Positions 29,113 to 39,574 of a DNA stretch of 64,000 nucleotides are shown here, piece by piece. The DNA is taken from assembly GCA_965216875.1 (NCBI GenBank), contig OZ244207.1:7264001-7328000 (forward strand), read 5' to 3'. The stretch is from Rubripirellula sp. GTDB lineage: Bacteria > Planctomycetota > Planctomycetia > Pirellulales > Pirellulaceae. The notes under the pieces are model-generated. The model ran no database searches. It saw only the letters and a list, made by a program, of their open reading frames with translations, and was not told the DNA's origin. The stretch's first letter is position 1. The number at the start of each line of letters is the position of its first letter. The translations under genes were made by a program, and so were the position numbers.

Positions 29113-31317
29113 TTAGTTTTCGGCGGCTTGATCTTGTTCCGGCTCTTCCTGAGTCGACGGAAGTTGCGCTCTTGGCTTCTCGGTGATTGTTCCGGGGACC
29201 AGCCACGGTCCGCTACTGTTGTCTTCGATCAACTTCATCAGTTCATCGTTGTTGATCGATTCGACTTCGAGCAAACGTTGCGTGACCGCTTCGAGGACTT
29301 CCCGGCGTTGTTCAAGAATCTCGCGGGTGTGAGCGAGGGCTTCTTCGACAATGCGTGAGACTTCTTTGTCGATCAGTTTTGCCATTTCGTCGCTGTGCAT
29401 CATCTGAAACCCTTCCTGACCGCCACCGGCAAGGAAGGGAGATCGCGAGCTGCGTCGGTAGTTGATGCGTCCAAGTCGACTCATGCCGTAGTCCATCACC
29501 ATGCTGCGTGCGACTTCGGTGCAGCGTTCCAAGTCGTTCTGAGCACCGGTGCTGATGTCTTGGAACACCATCTCTTCGGCGAGTGTTCCGGCAAGCAGCA
29601 CCTTCATGTTCGATTCGAGCTCGCTCTTGGTCATCAGGTAGCGTTCCGATTCGGGACGCTGCATCGTGTACCCCAAAGCGGCCAAGCCGCGCGGGATGAT
29701 GCTGACTTTGTGAACGGGATCAGTGTTTGGTAGGGCGGCGGCGACCAATGCATGGCCGGTTTCGTGATAAGCAACGCGGATCTTTTCGTCCTCGTTCATC
29801 ACGCGGTTTTTCTTTTCCAACCCAGCGGTCACGCGTTCGACCGCTTCATTGAATTCGCGAATGCCAACGGCACGTTTTCCGGCTCGGGCGGCAAGCAACG
29901 CCGCTTCGTTGACGAGGTTCGCCAAATCGGCGCCCACGAAGCCGGGGGTGATCGATGCCACTTCTTTCAGTTCGACCTTTTCGTCCAGTTTGACGTTCTT
30001 GATATGAACACGAAGAATCTCTTCTCGCCCGCTCACGTCAGGTCGATCCACTAGGACATGGCGATCGAAACGACCCGGTCGCAAGAGTGCCGGGTCAAGT
30101 GTTTCAGGGCGGTTGGTCGCGGCGATCACGATCACGCCCGAATTGGAATCGAACCCATCCATTTCGACCAGCAACGCGTTGAGTGTTTGTTCGCGTTCGT
30201 CATGTCCGCCAACGGTCGAACCGCTTCGGCTTTTTCCAAGCGCATCCAATTCATCGATAAAGATGATGCAGGGAGCGCGGCTTGTCGCTTGTTGAAACAT
30301 GTCGCGCACGCGGGCGGCACCGACGCCGACGTACATTTCAACGAAGTCGCTTCCGGAGAGGCTAAAGAAAGGCACGCCTGCTTCGCCCGCGATCGCTTTG
30401 GCCAACAACGTTTTTCCCGTACCGGGAGGGCCAACAAGCAGAACACCTTTGGGAATGCGGCCACCAAGTGCGTGGTACTTTTCGCTGTTCTTGAGGAAGT
30501 CGACGACTTCGCGGACTTCTTCGACCGCTTCATCGATTCCAGCCGCATCGTCAAACGTGATGGCAAGGTCTTCTTGACCATACAGTTTGCCGCGACTGCG
30601 CGAGAAGGACATCGGCGAACTGACACCGCCGATGCGTCGCAGCATCAGAAAACCGAGAAAGATGAGGACACCGATCATCAACAGCTGCAACCAGTGTTCT
30701 TCGAAAAAGCGACTCGGCCGATCGTTGTCCCAAACGACTTGCGAAGATTCCAAGACGGTCATGAACCGCTCGTCTTCGGCAAGATTACGGATTGTGCGTA
30801 CCGTTGTGAACTTTTTCAGCTTGGGAGACGACTCGGACTTGCTGCTGCTCGTGCCGATCGTCTTGAATTGGATCATGCCGGTGATCGTTTCATCGGCAAC
30901 CTTGATCTCGGTCGGCTGACTGAACTCGACCCAATTGTCTTGGTTCTTCGTCGAGCGGACCTTCAGTACGGGGTGTCGAGGTTTCTTCGGGTCAGCTACC
31001 GAATCCTCTTTTGCATCGTCCGCTGTGTCGGCCTGAGGTGTTGCGGAAGCATCTTCGGCGTCCGCGCCGTCGCTGGGTTGTGATGCCTGATTCTCGCCTT
31101 CTTGCTTTGCCGCTTCATATTTTGCCAGCTCCGTTTGGTACTCGGCTTCGAGTTCCAACAGAGCGACCAAGTCGGGGTAGCGCAAGCGTGTTTCGTTGCG
31201 TCCGTACACGAAAGCACATAACAGGACGACTAACGTGATTGCGATAAGAACAAGCCAGACGTTTCCACCCTTTGGCTCGTTGCTGTTGGAACCACCGCGG
31301 TTTTCTTCATCACTCAT
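29113..31317 (-). CDS. ftsH: ATP-dependent zinc metalloprotease FtsH
   Basis: Two TM helices, [46 protein letters not shown]. Confidence 0.97.
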   Translation of the reverse strand: MSDEENRGGSNSNEPKGGNVWLVLIAITLVVLLCAFVYGRNETRLRYPDLVALLELEAEYQTELAKYEAAKQEGENQASQPSDGADAEDASATPQADTADDAKEDSVADPKKPRHPVLKVRSTKNQDNWVEFSQPTEIKVADETITGMIQFKTIGTSSSKSESSPKLKKFTTVRTIRNLAEDERFMTVLESSQVVWDNDRPSRFFEEHWLQLLMIGVLIFLGFLMLRRIGGVSSPMSFSRSRGKLYGQEDLAITFDDAAGIDEAVEEVREVVDFLKNSEKYHALGGRIPKGVLLVGPPGTGKTLLAKAIAGEAGVPFFSLSGSDFVEMYVGVGAARVRDMFQQATSRAPCIIFIDELDALGKSRSGSTVGGHDEREQTLNALLVEMDGFDSNSGVIVIAATNRPETLDPALLRPGRFDRHVLVDRPDVSGREEILRVHIKNVKLDEKVELKEVASITPGFVGADLANLVNEAALLAARAGKRAVGIREFNEAVERVTAGLEKKNRVMNEDEKIRVAYHETGHALVAAALPNTDPVHKVSIIPRGLAALGYTMQRPESERYLMTKSELESNMKVLLAGTLAEEMVFQDISTGAQNDLERCTEVARSMVMDYGMSRLGRINYRRSSRSPFLAGGGQEGFQMMHSDEMAKLIDKEVSRIVEEALAHTREILEQRREVLEAVTQRLLEVESINNDELMKLIEDNSSGPWLVPGTITEKPRAQLPSTQEEPEQDQAAEN

Positions 31318-31618
31318 GCGTAATCTCGATCACTCACATCAAAAGGGGCAAAACCCAGTGTTGGCTGATCCCCAGTGTCGTTAAGCATTCTTTGATCGAC
31401 CATCTTCGACGACAACCGCCCGGTTCGAACAAGGAAAGTTGCGGTCGGGTCGTATCAACCGTGCCGATCGTCCATGATATCGGGCTCAGCCGTCGTAAAC
31501 GCGAGGGTTCGGTGTTCTGGTCCAAGCCGCCGCGGCGGGTGCCAGGGAGCAATAATTGTCCGTTGAACCGACGGCGGTTCTTGCGGACACCCACGTTTTG
31601 ACCTGCAGGATCACGATT

Positions 31619-32836
31619 TTGTCTCCCAGCAATTCGCAATCGACCCCTTCGATCGCCGATCGATCTCGCCGCTGTGTCGCCGTCATGGGCGCCACCGGCA
31701 GTATCGGGTTGGCCACGATCGATGTGCTCAAAAATCTGGGAAACATCGACGACCGATGCCAGTGGGATCTTTTTGCGGTGTCCGGTCACAAGAATATCGA
31801 TGCTTTGGCCGAAATCGCGTCGGACTCAATGCTTGCGCCCAAGAGGGTCCTGCTCTCGGCTCCGGAAATGGCCGGCGAGTTCGCGAGTCGATGCCCATCG
31901 GTCGAGACTGCGACCGGTGCCGACGCTCTGATCGACGTGGCATCGAGCGACGAAATTGACACGCTTGTTGCTTCCATCGTTGGTCGGGCTGGTCTGGAGA
32001 GCACGCTTGCGGCGGTCGAAACCGGCAAGCGGGTCGCACTGGCAAACAAAGAAACGCTCGTTGTTGCCGGACCGCTCGTGAATGCGGCGGCGGGAGCCAA
32101 TGGAAGCGAGATTTTGCCGGTTGATAGCGAGCATTCGGCGATCTTCCAGTGCATTGGCGAATCGGCAGCGCCTCCCAAAAAGCTAATCCTGACCGCCAGC
32201 GGTGGCCCGTTTCGAGAGTGGACGACCGCCCAGATGGACGAGGCGACGCCCGAGTCGGCACTTAACCACCCGACTTGGCAAATGGGACGAAAAATCACGA
32301 TCGATTCGGCCACCATGATGAACAAAGCGCTCGAAATCATCGAAGCCCGCTGGCTTTTCGGGCTGCCCGCCGAGGCGATCGAAGTGGTCGTCCACCCGCA
32401 ATCGATTATCCACTCGATGGTCGAATTCGAGGACGGATCGGTGATTTCACAGATGAGTCCGCCCGATATGCGGATGCCGATTCAGTACGCGTTGACCTAT
32501 CCAAGACGGTTGCCTTGTCCGGCGGAAACGCTCGATCGAGGCAAAAGTTGGGATCTGACGCTCCAGCCCGCCGATTTGGAACGGTTTCCCGCATTGCAAC
32601 TCGGTTTTGAGGTCGCTGCCGCTGGCGGTACGGCCGGCGCGGTGGTCAATGCGGCAAATGAAGAGGCAGTCGGTCTGTTCCTCGACGGCCAAATCCGGTT
32701 TACTGACATTGTTCCTGCCTGCCGAAACGCGTTGGAAAGCCACACATTTGACGCCAATCCACCCCTCAGCCGGTTGCTGGAACTGGATTCTTGGGCCAGA
32801 GCCGAGGTAAGAAACGGCTGTGGAATTCGAAGATAG
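31619..32836 (+). CDS. dxr: 1-deoxy-D-xylulose-5-phosphate reductoisomerase
   Basis: GATGSIG, LANKETLV, PVDSEHSAIFQ, LTASGGPF, HPTWQMGRKITIDSATMMNK, NAANE. TTG start at 31619 chosen for its CAGGA Shine-Dalgarno. Confidence 0.97.
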   Translation: MSPSNSQSTPSIADRSRRCVAVMGATGSIGLATIDVLKNLGNIDDRCQWDLFAVSGHKNIDALAEIASDSMLAPKRVLLSAPEMAGEFASRCPSVETATGADALIDVASSDEIDTLVASIVGRAGLESTLAAVETGKRVALANKETLVVAGPLVNAAAGANGSEILPVDSEHSAIFQCIGESAAPPKKLILTASGGPFREWTTAQMDEATPESALNHPTWQMGRKITIDSATMMNKALEIIEARWLFGLPAEAIEVVVHPQSIIHSMVEFEDGSVISQMSPPDMRMPIQYALTYPRRLPCPAETLDRGKSWDLTLQPADLERFPALQLGFEVAAAGGTAGAVVNAANEEAVGLFLDGQIRFTDIVPACRNALESHTFDANPPLSRLLELDSWARAEVRNGCGIRR

Positions 32837-33091
32837 CGTGTCGCCCGCGACCCCCTCGGCTCCCCAACACGTAACAATTTCAGCTCAAACAGCTTGAACC
32901 ACGGTCTGTCGGTCAAGTATTTAGAGGCTGGAACGGTTGAAAGAGGACCACCGGTTGGGGCCAATTGACTGCGATACTTGGCTGCGGAACTGGGCTGGGC
33001 CACCAGCTCGACCGACTAACTGGGCCGATTCGTTCCCAGCACCGACAGCGACCCTCGAGGTCGATAGCAAAATACAAAGGTAATCCCGCTC

Positions 33092-35242
33092 ATGTTGTTC
33101 GACGCGATCCTTTCCGCCTTACCGTTGGCCGACTCAGAACCTGGCATGTTGTCAGGACTTGTGGCCACGATTTGGGTTTGGTTCAAAGTCGCCCTCGGAA
33201 TTGGCTTGGTCATCTTTGTCCACGAACTCGGCCACTTCGTTGCTGCCAAGACCTTTGGCGTGAAGTGTGAAAAGTTCTACATCGGGTTTGATGTGCCGCT
33301 GCGACTCGGGCCGATCAAATTGCCCCGAACACTTGGGAAATTCACGTACGGCGAAACCGAGTATGGCATTGGTATTTTGCCGCTGGGTGGATACGTGAAA
33401 ATGCTGGGACAGGATGACGACCCACGCAAGCTCGAAGAAGAAGCCAAACGGGCACGCGCCGAAGGCAGCGAAGACGACGAAGCGCCCCAGTTTGATCCGC
33501 GCAGTTATCCCGCTCAGCCTGTTTGGCAACGAATGATCATCATTTCTGCCGGCGTGGTGATGAATGTCATCACCGGCGTTCTGTTTGCTGCGGGCGCCTA
33601 TTTCTTTGGCGTGGCGTACAACCCAGCGGTCATCGGCGGTGTCACGCCGGGTGGCCCCGCGTGGCAAGCCGGCATCGAACCAGGTGGCCAAGTGGTTTCC
33701 GCAGGCAATCTTCATCAAGAAGAAATGCACTTTCGGGAAATGAAGATGGCCATCCTGACCGAAGGATTGGACAACCCCGACAAGCCGATCGACGTCGCCA
33801 TCAAGTACGACGACGGTGTTCGCAACTACCAGTTGATGTCAGCTCCGATTCCCGAAGACAAGTCGGTGCGGATGATTGGCATCACCAGTCCAACGTCGAC
33901 AACACTCAGCGACACCGACTACGTCTTGCCAGGCACGATCGCTTCGACCGTTTTCGAAGCGGGCGATGCTGGGGCGACCGTGATTGCCTTTGATGGTACG
34001 CCCATTAACGAAGACTCGATTGTTCCCGGCGCACCTCTGTTTGACCACCTTTATTCCAATCCAAACAAGTCCGTCACACTGACGTTGCGACGAGCCGACG
34101 GATCAGAGCGCGATCTCGAGTTGCCGCCCCAGCCGAACAAGACGATGGGGATCCGGTTTGGCATCGGACCGATCGCTGCGATGATCAAAGACGGGCCGGC
34201 TGAAAAAGCAGGCGTTCAGGTTGGCGACGTGATCGTCGCGGTCAACGGTGACAATGAAATCGATGCGTTCGGACTCCCTTTGACGCTCGCAGGCGTGAGC
34301 GACGATGTTGCACTCACGGTCAAACGCGGTGAAGGTGACAAGGCGGAAACCATTGACGTCACCATCAGCCCATCGGACGCGCTGCAGACGCTCGAACCGA
34401 GTGCTGGAATCAACGGGCAAATCGCGATCAACGCCTTGGGACTCAGTTATCGTCCCAACGCGTTTGTTCAGAAATTGGTCGGCGGTGGCGACGCGGATAC
34501 CAGCGAAGACGCTGACGCAGAAGACGATCAAGACTCGTTGAAGGTTGGCGATCAGATCAAGAAGGTCAAGCTGCTTTGGGAAGAAGATGAGGTCCCCGAA
34601 GAACTACAACACGAACGCTATGAAACGCACATTGCAATGTTGCGGGAAGGTTGGGAATTCAAATCGACGTCACCGCTGAGCGTCTTCTTGGACACGATGC
34701 AAATCCTGCCCGAAGGGACCGAGATGCAAGTCTGGGCCACTCGTGACGGACGCGTGGTGACCACCCAGATCAAGCTGCAGCAGGATGATCGTTACGCCTT
34801 CCAACGTGGAATCGGATTCACGGCCGCGCAAGTGATTCAGGTTGCCGATGGCCCCGCCGAAGCGCTCGCACTCGGATACGCCGAATCGAAACGCCGACTT
34901 TCTGACGTCGTGAGATTCTTGAAGATGTTGCCGCAGGGCAAAGTCAAACTGCGTCACGTTGGTGGCCCATTGGCGATCGTTCACATTGCCAAGAAAGAAA
35001 CTGAACTTGGCATCTCACGTCAGTTGTTGTTCCTGACGATGCTGAGCATGAACCTTGCGATTTTGAACTTCTTGCCCATCCCCGCGCTCGACGGCGGGCA
35101 CATGATGTTCCTGCTCTACGAAGCGGTCAAAGGAAAGCGTGCCGACGAACAAATCGAATTCCGATTGACGCTCGCCGGGGTGATCGCTCTGCTGACCTTA
35201 ATGGTGGTCGTCTTCGCCAACGACATCTTCCAACGACTCTAG
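33092..35242 (+). CDS. rseP: RIP metalloprotease RseP (M50) with PDZ domains
   Basis: IFVHELGHF, LPLGGYVKM, PDZ segments (GPAWQAG, GPAEKAGVQVGDVI), NFLPIPALDGGH; dxr-rseP synteny. Confidence 0.93.
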   Translation: MLFDAILSALPLADSEPGMLSGLVATIWVWFKVALGIGLVIFVHELGHFVAAKTFGVKCEKFYIGFDVPLRLGPIKLPRTLGKFTYGETEYGIGILPLGGYVKMLGQDDDPRKLEEEAKRARAEGSEDDEAPQFDPRSYPAQPVWQRMIIISAGVVMNVITGVLFAAGAYFFGVAYNPAVIGGVTPGGPAWQAGIEPGGQVVSAGNLHQEEMHFREMKMAILTEGLDNPDKPIDVAIKYDDGVRNYQLMSAPIPEDKSVRMIGITSPTSTTLSDTDYVLPGTIASTVFEAGDAGATVIAFDGTPINEDSIVPGAPLFDHLYSNPNKSVTLTLRRADGSERDLELPPQPNKTMGIRFGIGPIAAMIKDGPAEKAGVQVGDVIVAVNGDNEIDAFGLPLTLAGVSDDVALTVKRGEGDKAETIDVTISPSDALQTLEPSAGINGQIAINALGLSYRPNAFVQKLVGGGDADTSEDADAEDDQDSLKVGDQIKKVKLLWEEDEVPEELQHERYETHIAMLREGWEFKSTSPLSVFLDTMQILPEGTEMQVWATRDGRVVTTQIKLQQDDRYAFQRGIGFTAAQVIQVADGPAEALALGYAESKRRLSDVVRFLKMLPQGKVKLRHVGGPLAIVHIAKKETELGISRQLLFLTMLSMNLAILNFLPIPALDGGHMMFLLYEAVKGKRADEQIEFRLTLAGVIALLTLMVVVFANDIFQRL

Positions 35243-35274
35243 CGGTTGGTCGATCTCTGAAGGTGATGCTAACC

Positions 35275-35463
35275 GTGAACCGAACGCGCTAGTAGCGTTT
35301 GGCCTTTCACCTTCGTCGTCCGGTTCAAATCCAAAACACCCTCCCTCCGGGAGAGTCGCGAGGAACGAGCGGGGAGGGCGATACAAGATTGAATCGCCGC
35401 ACGAAGAGCCGCAACGAAACCTCCCCAGGCTTTAGCGCCCGACCCTCCTTGAAAAGGAGGGTG
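35275..35463. repeat. REP mosaic (GTGAACCG arm plus CCCTCC..GGAGGG element)
   Basis: Same module pair as 25703-25880; lies between convergent genes. Confidence 0.75.
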
Positions 35464-35504
35464 TCGAAGTGTGATTGTCGCTGAGTCACATTCCGGAAAG
35501 AACT

Positions 35505-36326
35505 TCAGCTTCCTGAGACCTGGCTACTGAAACTTGTTTTCTGACCCGGTGGTTGATATGGGTTGGTTGAAAAGTGCGGCTCGCTTGGAAGGGGCGACGA
35601 CATTTCGCAGATGATTGAGCGTTGGCCACACGCGATTTCCTCGATCGATTGTGCAAGCTCCTCAGCTTCGCGGCGGCGCTTTCGGCTCGCCAAATGACCC
35701 AAGGTGTAGTCGCGATACGTGATCATCAGTTCTTGGATGCGATCCTGTGTGCGTATTTCCAAGACGACCATGTGACTCGGTGTGTACCAACCCGAATTGC
35801 GCACCGTCTCGACCTCTACCGAGAGGATCGCTTCCTTGGGAAGGGCATACTCGGCGGCATCGCCACTCATCCAAATGCCATCCTCGTCCACAACGATGAG
35901 CATCAGGTCTTTGGCGGTTTCGAGCGATTGACGACCGATCGATTCGCGGGGGACCCATTCAACAACGCGCGCCGTTTCAAGCTGCTTGTCGTCGACCAGT
36001 CGATCACGACGACGAGATACATGCCGCCTTAGTCGCGCGCAAAGCAGAAGGTTCAGCGGCCACTCGGGATAGACCAAAAGCAGCAGGATTTGGACAAAGA
36101 ACCAGACTGGGGAAAGCGGCAACAAGCACCAGCCCAAGGCGGGGTGGACGCCGCCCAGATAGAGTCCACCAAACAGCAGCAGTGCCCAGCCAGTTTGAAG
36201 CAGGACGAGCAATCCGCTGTGCCACAACAGGCTCGAGAGTCCCAGCACACGCCCCCAGTGGTCATGGTTGACCGCAACGATGGTCGCGTGATTGGGGGAC
36301 TTTTTGAGCATGACGAATCCGAACAA
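35505..36326 (-). CDS. Hypothetical membrane protein with C-terminal NPYQPP motif
   Basis: 2-3 TM helices followed by a beta-rich soluble domain; start uncertain (36326 or 36311). Confidence 0.7.
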   Translation of the reverse strand: MFGFVMLKKSPNHATIVAVNHDHWGRVLGLSSLLWHSGLLVLLQTGWALLLFGGLYLGGVHPALGWCLLPLSPVWFFVQILLLLVYPEWPLNLLLCARLRRHVSRRRDRLVDDKQLETARVVEWVPRESIGRQSLETAKDLMLIVVDEDGIWMSGDAAEYALPKEAILSVEVETVRNSGWYTPSHMVVLEIRTQDRIQELMITYRDYTLGHLASRKRRREAEELAQSIEEIACGQRSIICEMSSPLPSEPHFSTNPYQPPGQKTSFSSQVSGS

Positions 36327-36417
36327 GTCGCAGCGAATAGAGATCCATCACCTTAATGCCGCGTGCACCGTACCTCACCTCGAATTCCTATTGCACGGCA
36401 AGAAATCACGTGCGCGA

Positions 36418-36438
36418 CCGTCACGACCGATACAACCG
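36418..36438. promoter_or_regulatory. Tandem CCGnnAC(G/A)ACCG motif
   Basis: CCGTCACGA-CCGATACAA-CCG in a divergent intergenic region. Confidence 0.35.
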
Positions 36439-36579
36439 TTGATCCAGTCGAAAACAAACGGTTGCCATTGGTCCAGTTTGCTCGTCAAAACCGACTCTGA
36501 CGTAGCGTTGCATAGAGTCTGCGCGAATCTCACCTACCCGCGAAGGGCGTGGTGCGCAGGCAATGGGGCACGAGAAACA

Positions 36580-37827
36580 ATGGCATCACCGCACGCGAAT
36601 ATCGTTACACCTTCAGGCGACTTCCCTGTCCTCGCTGGCCGGGTCAACACGCCCAAAAAGGCACACAGTCAAGGCGCCCAACGAGCGCCTCGGGATTCGT
36701 ATGTGATGATCGTTGACGATGAATCGGTCAACATCGACGTGGTTCAGGCCTATTTGGAAGAAGACGGCTACTGCAATTTTGTGTCGACCTGCGATTCGAC
36801 GACGGCAATCGCGATGGTCAAGCTGCATCGTCCCGACGTGCTGCTGCTCGACATCAACATGCCACACGTCACCGGTCTAGACATCCTCGAAGCGATGCAA
36901 GGCGATACGGATCTTTGCCGCATTCCTGTTGTGATCCTGACCGCCGAAACGAGTTCGGCGACGAAACTGCAAGCACTGCGACTGGGCGCATCCGAAATCC
37001 TCGCCAAACCAGTCGATCCAAGCGAACTCGCGTTGCGAGTCGAAAACGTTCTGGCAGCCAAGGCGTACCAAGACCACTTGGCGGAATATAGCGAACGACT
37101 CGAACACCAGGTTCGCGTTCGCACCGAAGAACTCCTGCGATCGCGTCAGGAAGCGATTCACTGCCTCGCTCGCGCCGCCGAGTATCGTGACGACGACACG
37201 GGCCATCACGTCACACGTGTTGGCAAGTATTCGGCGATCATTGCCGACGAACTCGGCTTTCCGCGTGCCGCAGTCGAACTCATTGAACAAGCCGCCCAGC
37301 TTCATGACGTTGGCAAGATCGGCATTCCTGACTCCATTTTGCACAAGCCAGGGAAGCTTGAGAAAACGGAATTCGAATTGATGCAGCGACACTGCGGCAT
37401 CGGCCAACGAATCATTCATCCACTGAGTGAGGACGATTCCGCTCAAATCCGCGAGCATACGTCGGTCGGCATGAGGATCATGGCGTCGACCACATCGCCA
37501 GTGCTGAAAATGGCGGCGATGATCGCGCAAACACACCATGAAAAATGGAATGGTCAGGGATACCCGGTCGGACTTTCCGGAACCGATATCCCAATCGAAG
37601 GTCGGATTGTTGCGGTTGCTGATGTGTTCGACGCGCTTAGCAGCAAACGACCCTACAAAGACGCGTTTCCAATCGACAAGTGCATCGAGATCTTAATCGA
37701 TGGACGGGGCTCACATTTCGATCCACGCGTGTTGGACGCTTTCCTTGCAAGGAGAGAAGAAATCATCGAGATACGCCAGCAATGTATGGAAGTTCTTGAT
37801 TCCCCGCAGCCCGATGAGAGTTTCTGA
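36580..37827 (+). CDS. REC + HD-GYP c-di-GMP phosphodiesterase (RpfG-like)
   Basis: IVDDE, LLDINMP, KP; RDDDTGHHV, LHDVGKIG, HHEKWNGQGYP, VADVFDAL..RPYK. Confidence 0.94.
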   Translation: MASPHANIVTPSGDFPVLAGRVNTPKKAHSQGAQRAPRDSYVMIVDDESVNIDVVQAYLEEDGYCNFVSTCDSTTAIAMVKLHRPDVLLLDINMPHVTGLDILEAMQGDTDLCRIPVVILTAETSSATKLQALRLGASEILAKPVDPSELALRVENVLAAKAYQDHLAEYSERLEHQVRVRTEELLRSRQEAIHCLARAAEYRDDDTGHHVTRVGKYSAIIADELGFPRAAVELIEQAAQLHDVGKIGIPDSILHKPGKLEKTEFELMQRHCGIGQRIIHPLSEDDSAQIREHTSVGMRIMASTTSPVLKMAAMIAQTHHEKWNGQGYPVGLSGTDIPIEGRIVAVADVFDALSSKRPYKDAFPIDKCIEILIDGRGSHFDPRVLDAFLARREEIIEIRQQCMEVLDSPQPDESF

Positions 37828-37831
37828 GACG

Positions 37832-38293
37832 ATGGACACTTCGACTTCCCCATGCCGTGACATTCTTGTTGTCGACGATTCGGAAATGATTCGTCGCTAC
37901 CTCAAAGTAACGCTCGAGCGGGATGGGTACGAAGTACGCACCTGCAGCGACGCGTCCCAAGCCTGTTGGGAAATCGATTCACGCCCACCCGATTACGTTC
38001 TTAGCGATTGGCAAATGCCAAACATGAACGGAGTGGAACTCTGCCAATGGGTACGCGAACAACACATCTCGCAATACATCTACTTTCTGCTGATGACCGC
38101 CCACACTCGTGTCTTTGATCTCGTGGATGGATTGGACGCCGGTGCGGACGACTATGTCCAAAAGCCCATCAAGATCAACGAACTGCTGGCGCGGCTTCGC
38201 TGTGGCGAACGGATTCTCAAACTCGAACGACGCCTACGCTCGCTGGCTGGCAAAGACCAAGACCCCGCAGCACTCAGCGGCGACATCGAGTAG
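37832..38293 (+). CDS. Single-domain response regulator (PleD-like receiver, no output domain)
   Basis: ILVVDDS, SDWQMPNMNG, GADDYVQKP, ELLARLRCGERIL. Confidence 0.9.
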   Translation: MDTSTSPCRDILVVDDSEMIRRYLKVTLERDGYEVRTCSDASQACWEIDSRPPDYVLSDWQMPNMNGVELCQWVREQHISQYIYFLLMTAHTRVFDLVDGLDAGADDYVQKPIKINELLARLRCGERILKLERRLRSLAGKDQDPAALSGDIE

Positions 38294-38308
38294 AGATTCT
38301 TCCTCTTC

Positions 38309-38375
38309 CTCGTTACCACGCTCCGCGTGGTAACGCACACTCGGACGCTCCGCGTCCCTAGCGCGTTCGGCTCAC
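38309..38375. repeat. REP mosaic (CTCGTTACCACGCTCCGCGTGGTAACG plus CGGCTCAC arm)
   Basis: Hairpin GTTACCACG-CTCCG-CGTGGTAAC, then CTAGCGCGTTCGGCTCAC. Confidence 0.82.
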
Positions 38376-38377
38376 AA

Positions 38378-39376
38378 TCACTCAACTTGCAATTGCACTT
38401 CAAAGCGGCCGGTGTGATCCGCGGCGCCACAGCTCATACCAGGCGTGTTGTGTTGCATCACAATTTCGCCCTCACGCGACACAGCAATGATCCCACCGAC
38501 GCCCGCTTTGAGTCGATGGGTCATGATTTCGGTGACCGCATCGGGCAGCGACTTCTTGGCGTAACGCATTTGAGCGACAATGTCATAGGCAACGGCGTGG
38601 CGAATGTACTCTTCACCGATGCCGGTTCCCGAAACGGCGCAGGTGTCATTGGCTGCGTAAGTTCCGGCGCCAACAATGGGCGAATCACCAACGCGCCCGG
38701 CCAACTTCTTCGTTGTCCCGCCGGTGCTTGTTCCGGCGGCAAGGTTGCCATGGCTGTCGAGCGCCACGCAACCGACTGTGCCCAACTTGGATTCTTCGTC
38801 TGGCGAGGGTGGTGGTGCCACTTCGCGATTGTGCAACCAATTCTTGTAGCTCAGAAAGTACTCCGGTTCGACAAGTTCGACACCCTGCTCTTTGGCAAAC
38901 TGATTGGCTCCGGGTCCGGCCAGCAACACATGTTTGGTTTCGGATGAGACTAGCCGGGCAAGCGAGATCGGGTTTTTAGCGTTGGTGACTCCGGCCACCG
39001 CGCCGCAGGCAAGTTGGCTTCCGTCCATGATGGAGGCATCAAGCTCGGCTTTGCCTTCGACCGTGACGACCGCACCACGGCCAGCATTGAACCGAGCGTC
39101 GTCTTCCATCACCACGATGGCTGCTTCGACCGCATCCATGGCAGTACCACCCTTGGCCAAAATGTCGCGGCCAGCCGTGAGCGCACGCTCGAGTCCCTCG
39201 AGTCGGCCGTTCTTCTTTGCCTCGTCCCACTTCGCGGAATTCCCGCCAGCGCCTCCATGAATGACAATCGCATAGGTCGTTTCTTGTTGGGCCTCAACCG
39301 ATTCCAAATGCATCACCATCCCCAACAGAACCAAACATGGCGTTAGCAGCCTCGAACGTACAACAAACAAGATCAT
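38378..39376 (-). CDS. Isoaspartyl peptidase / L-asparaginase (Ntn hydrolase), probably exported
   Basis: IVIHGGAG, FNAGRG, ELDASIMDG, GTVGCVALD (nucleophile Thr), TSTGG, GRVGDSP, TGIGE. Confidence 0.95.
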   Translation of the reverse strand: MILFVVRSRLLTPCLVLLGMVMHLESVEAQQETTYAIVIHGGAGGNSAKWDEAKKNGRLEGLERALTAGRDILAKGGTAMDAVEAAIVVMEDDARFNAGRGAVVTVEGKAELDASIMDGSQLACGAVAGVTNAKNPISLARLVSSETKHVLLAGPGANQFAKEQGVELVEPEYFLSYKNWLHNREVAPPPSPDEESKLGTVGCVALDSHGNLAAGTSTGGTTKKLAGRVGDSPIVGAGTYAANDTCAVSGTGIGEEYIRHAVAYDIVAQMRYAKKSLPDAVTEIMTHRLKAGVGGIIAVSREGEIVMQHNTPGMSCGAADHTGRFEVQLQVE

Positions 39377-39458
39377 CTCCTCGGTGGTTCATCCCTTGCA
39401 GCATTGTATTGGAAGGGGATCGAGCATCGAGACAAGGCTCGGAAGGAGACGGACGATT

Positions 39459-39539
39459 GCCACAAAAAACACAAGAATGCACAAAAAGGGAAGTCCTGCC
39501 GCATCTCTTCTATCCGTGTGATTCGTGAGATCCGTGGTT
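39459..39539. repeat. REP-like element of the CCACA(A/G)A...CCGTGG type
   Basis: GCCACAAAAAACACAAGAATGCACAAAAAG and ATCCGTGTGATTCGTGAGATCCGTGGTT; related to 54989-55090. Confidence 0.55.
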
Positions 39540-39574
39540 CCTTCTTCACAACTCACTTCCATCCCTGCGGCGTC

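Noticed and set aside
30058..31083. Long antisense ORFs (341 aa opposite ftsH; also 16426-17205, 2392-3066, 18749-19450)
   Set aside because: Shadow ORFs of well-supported genes in GC-rich DNA, with no protein-family motifs.
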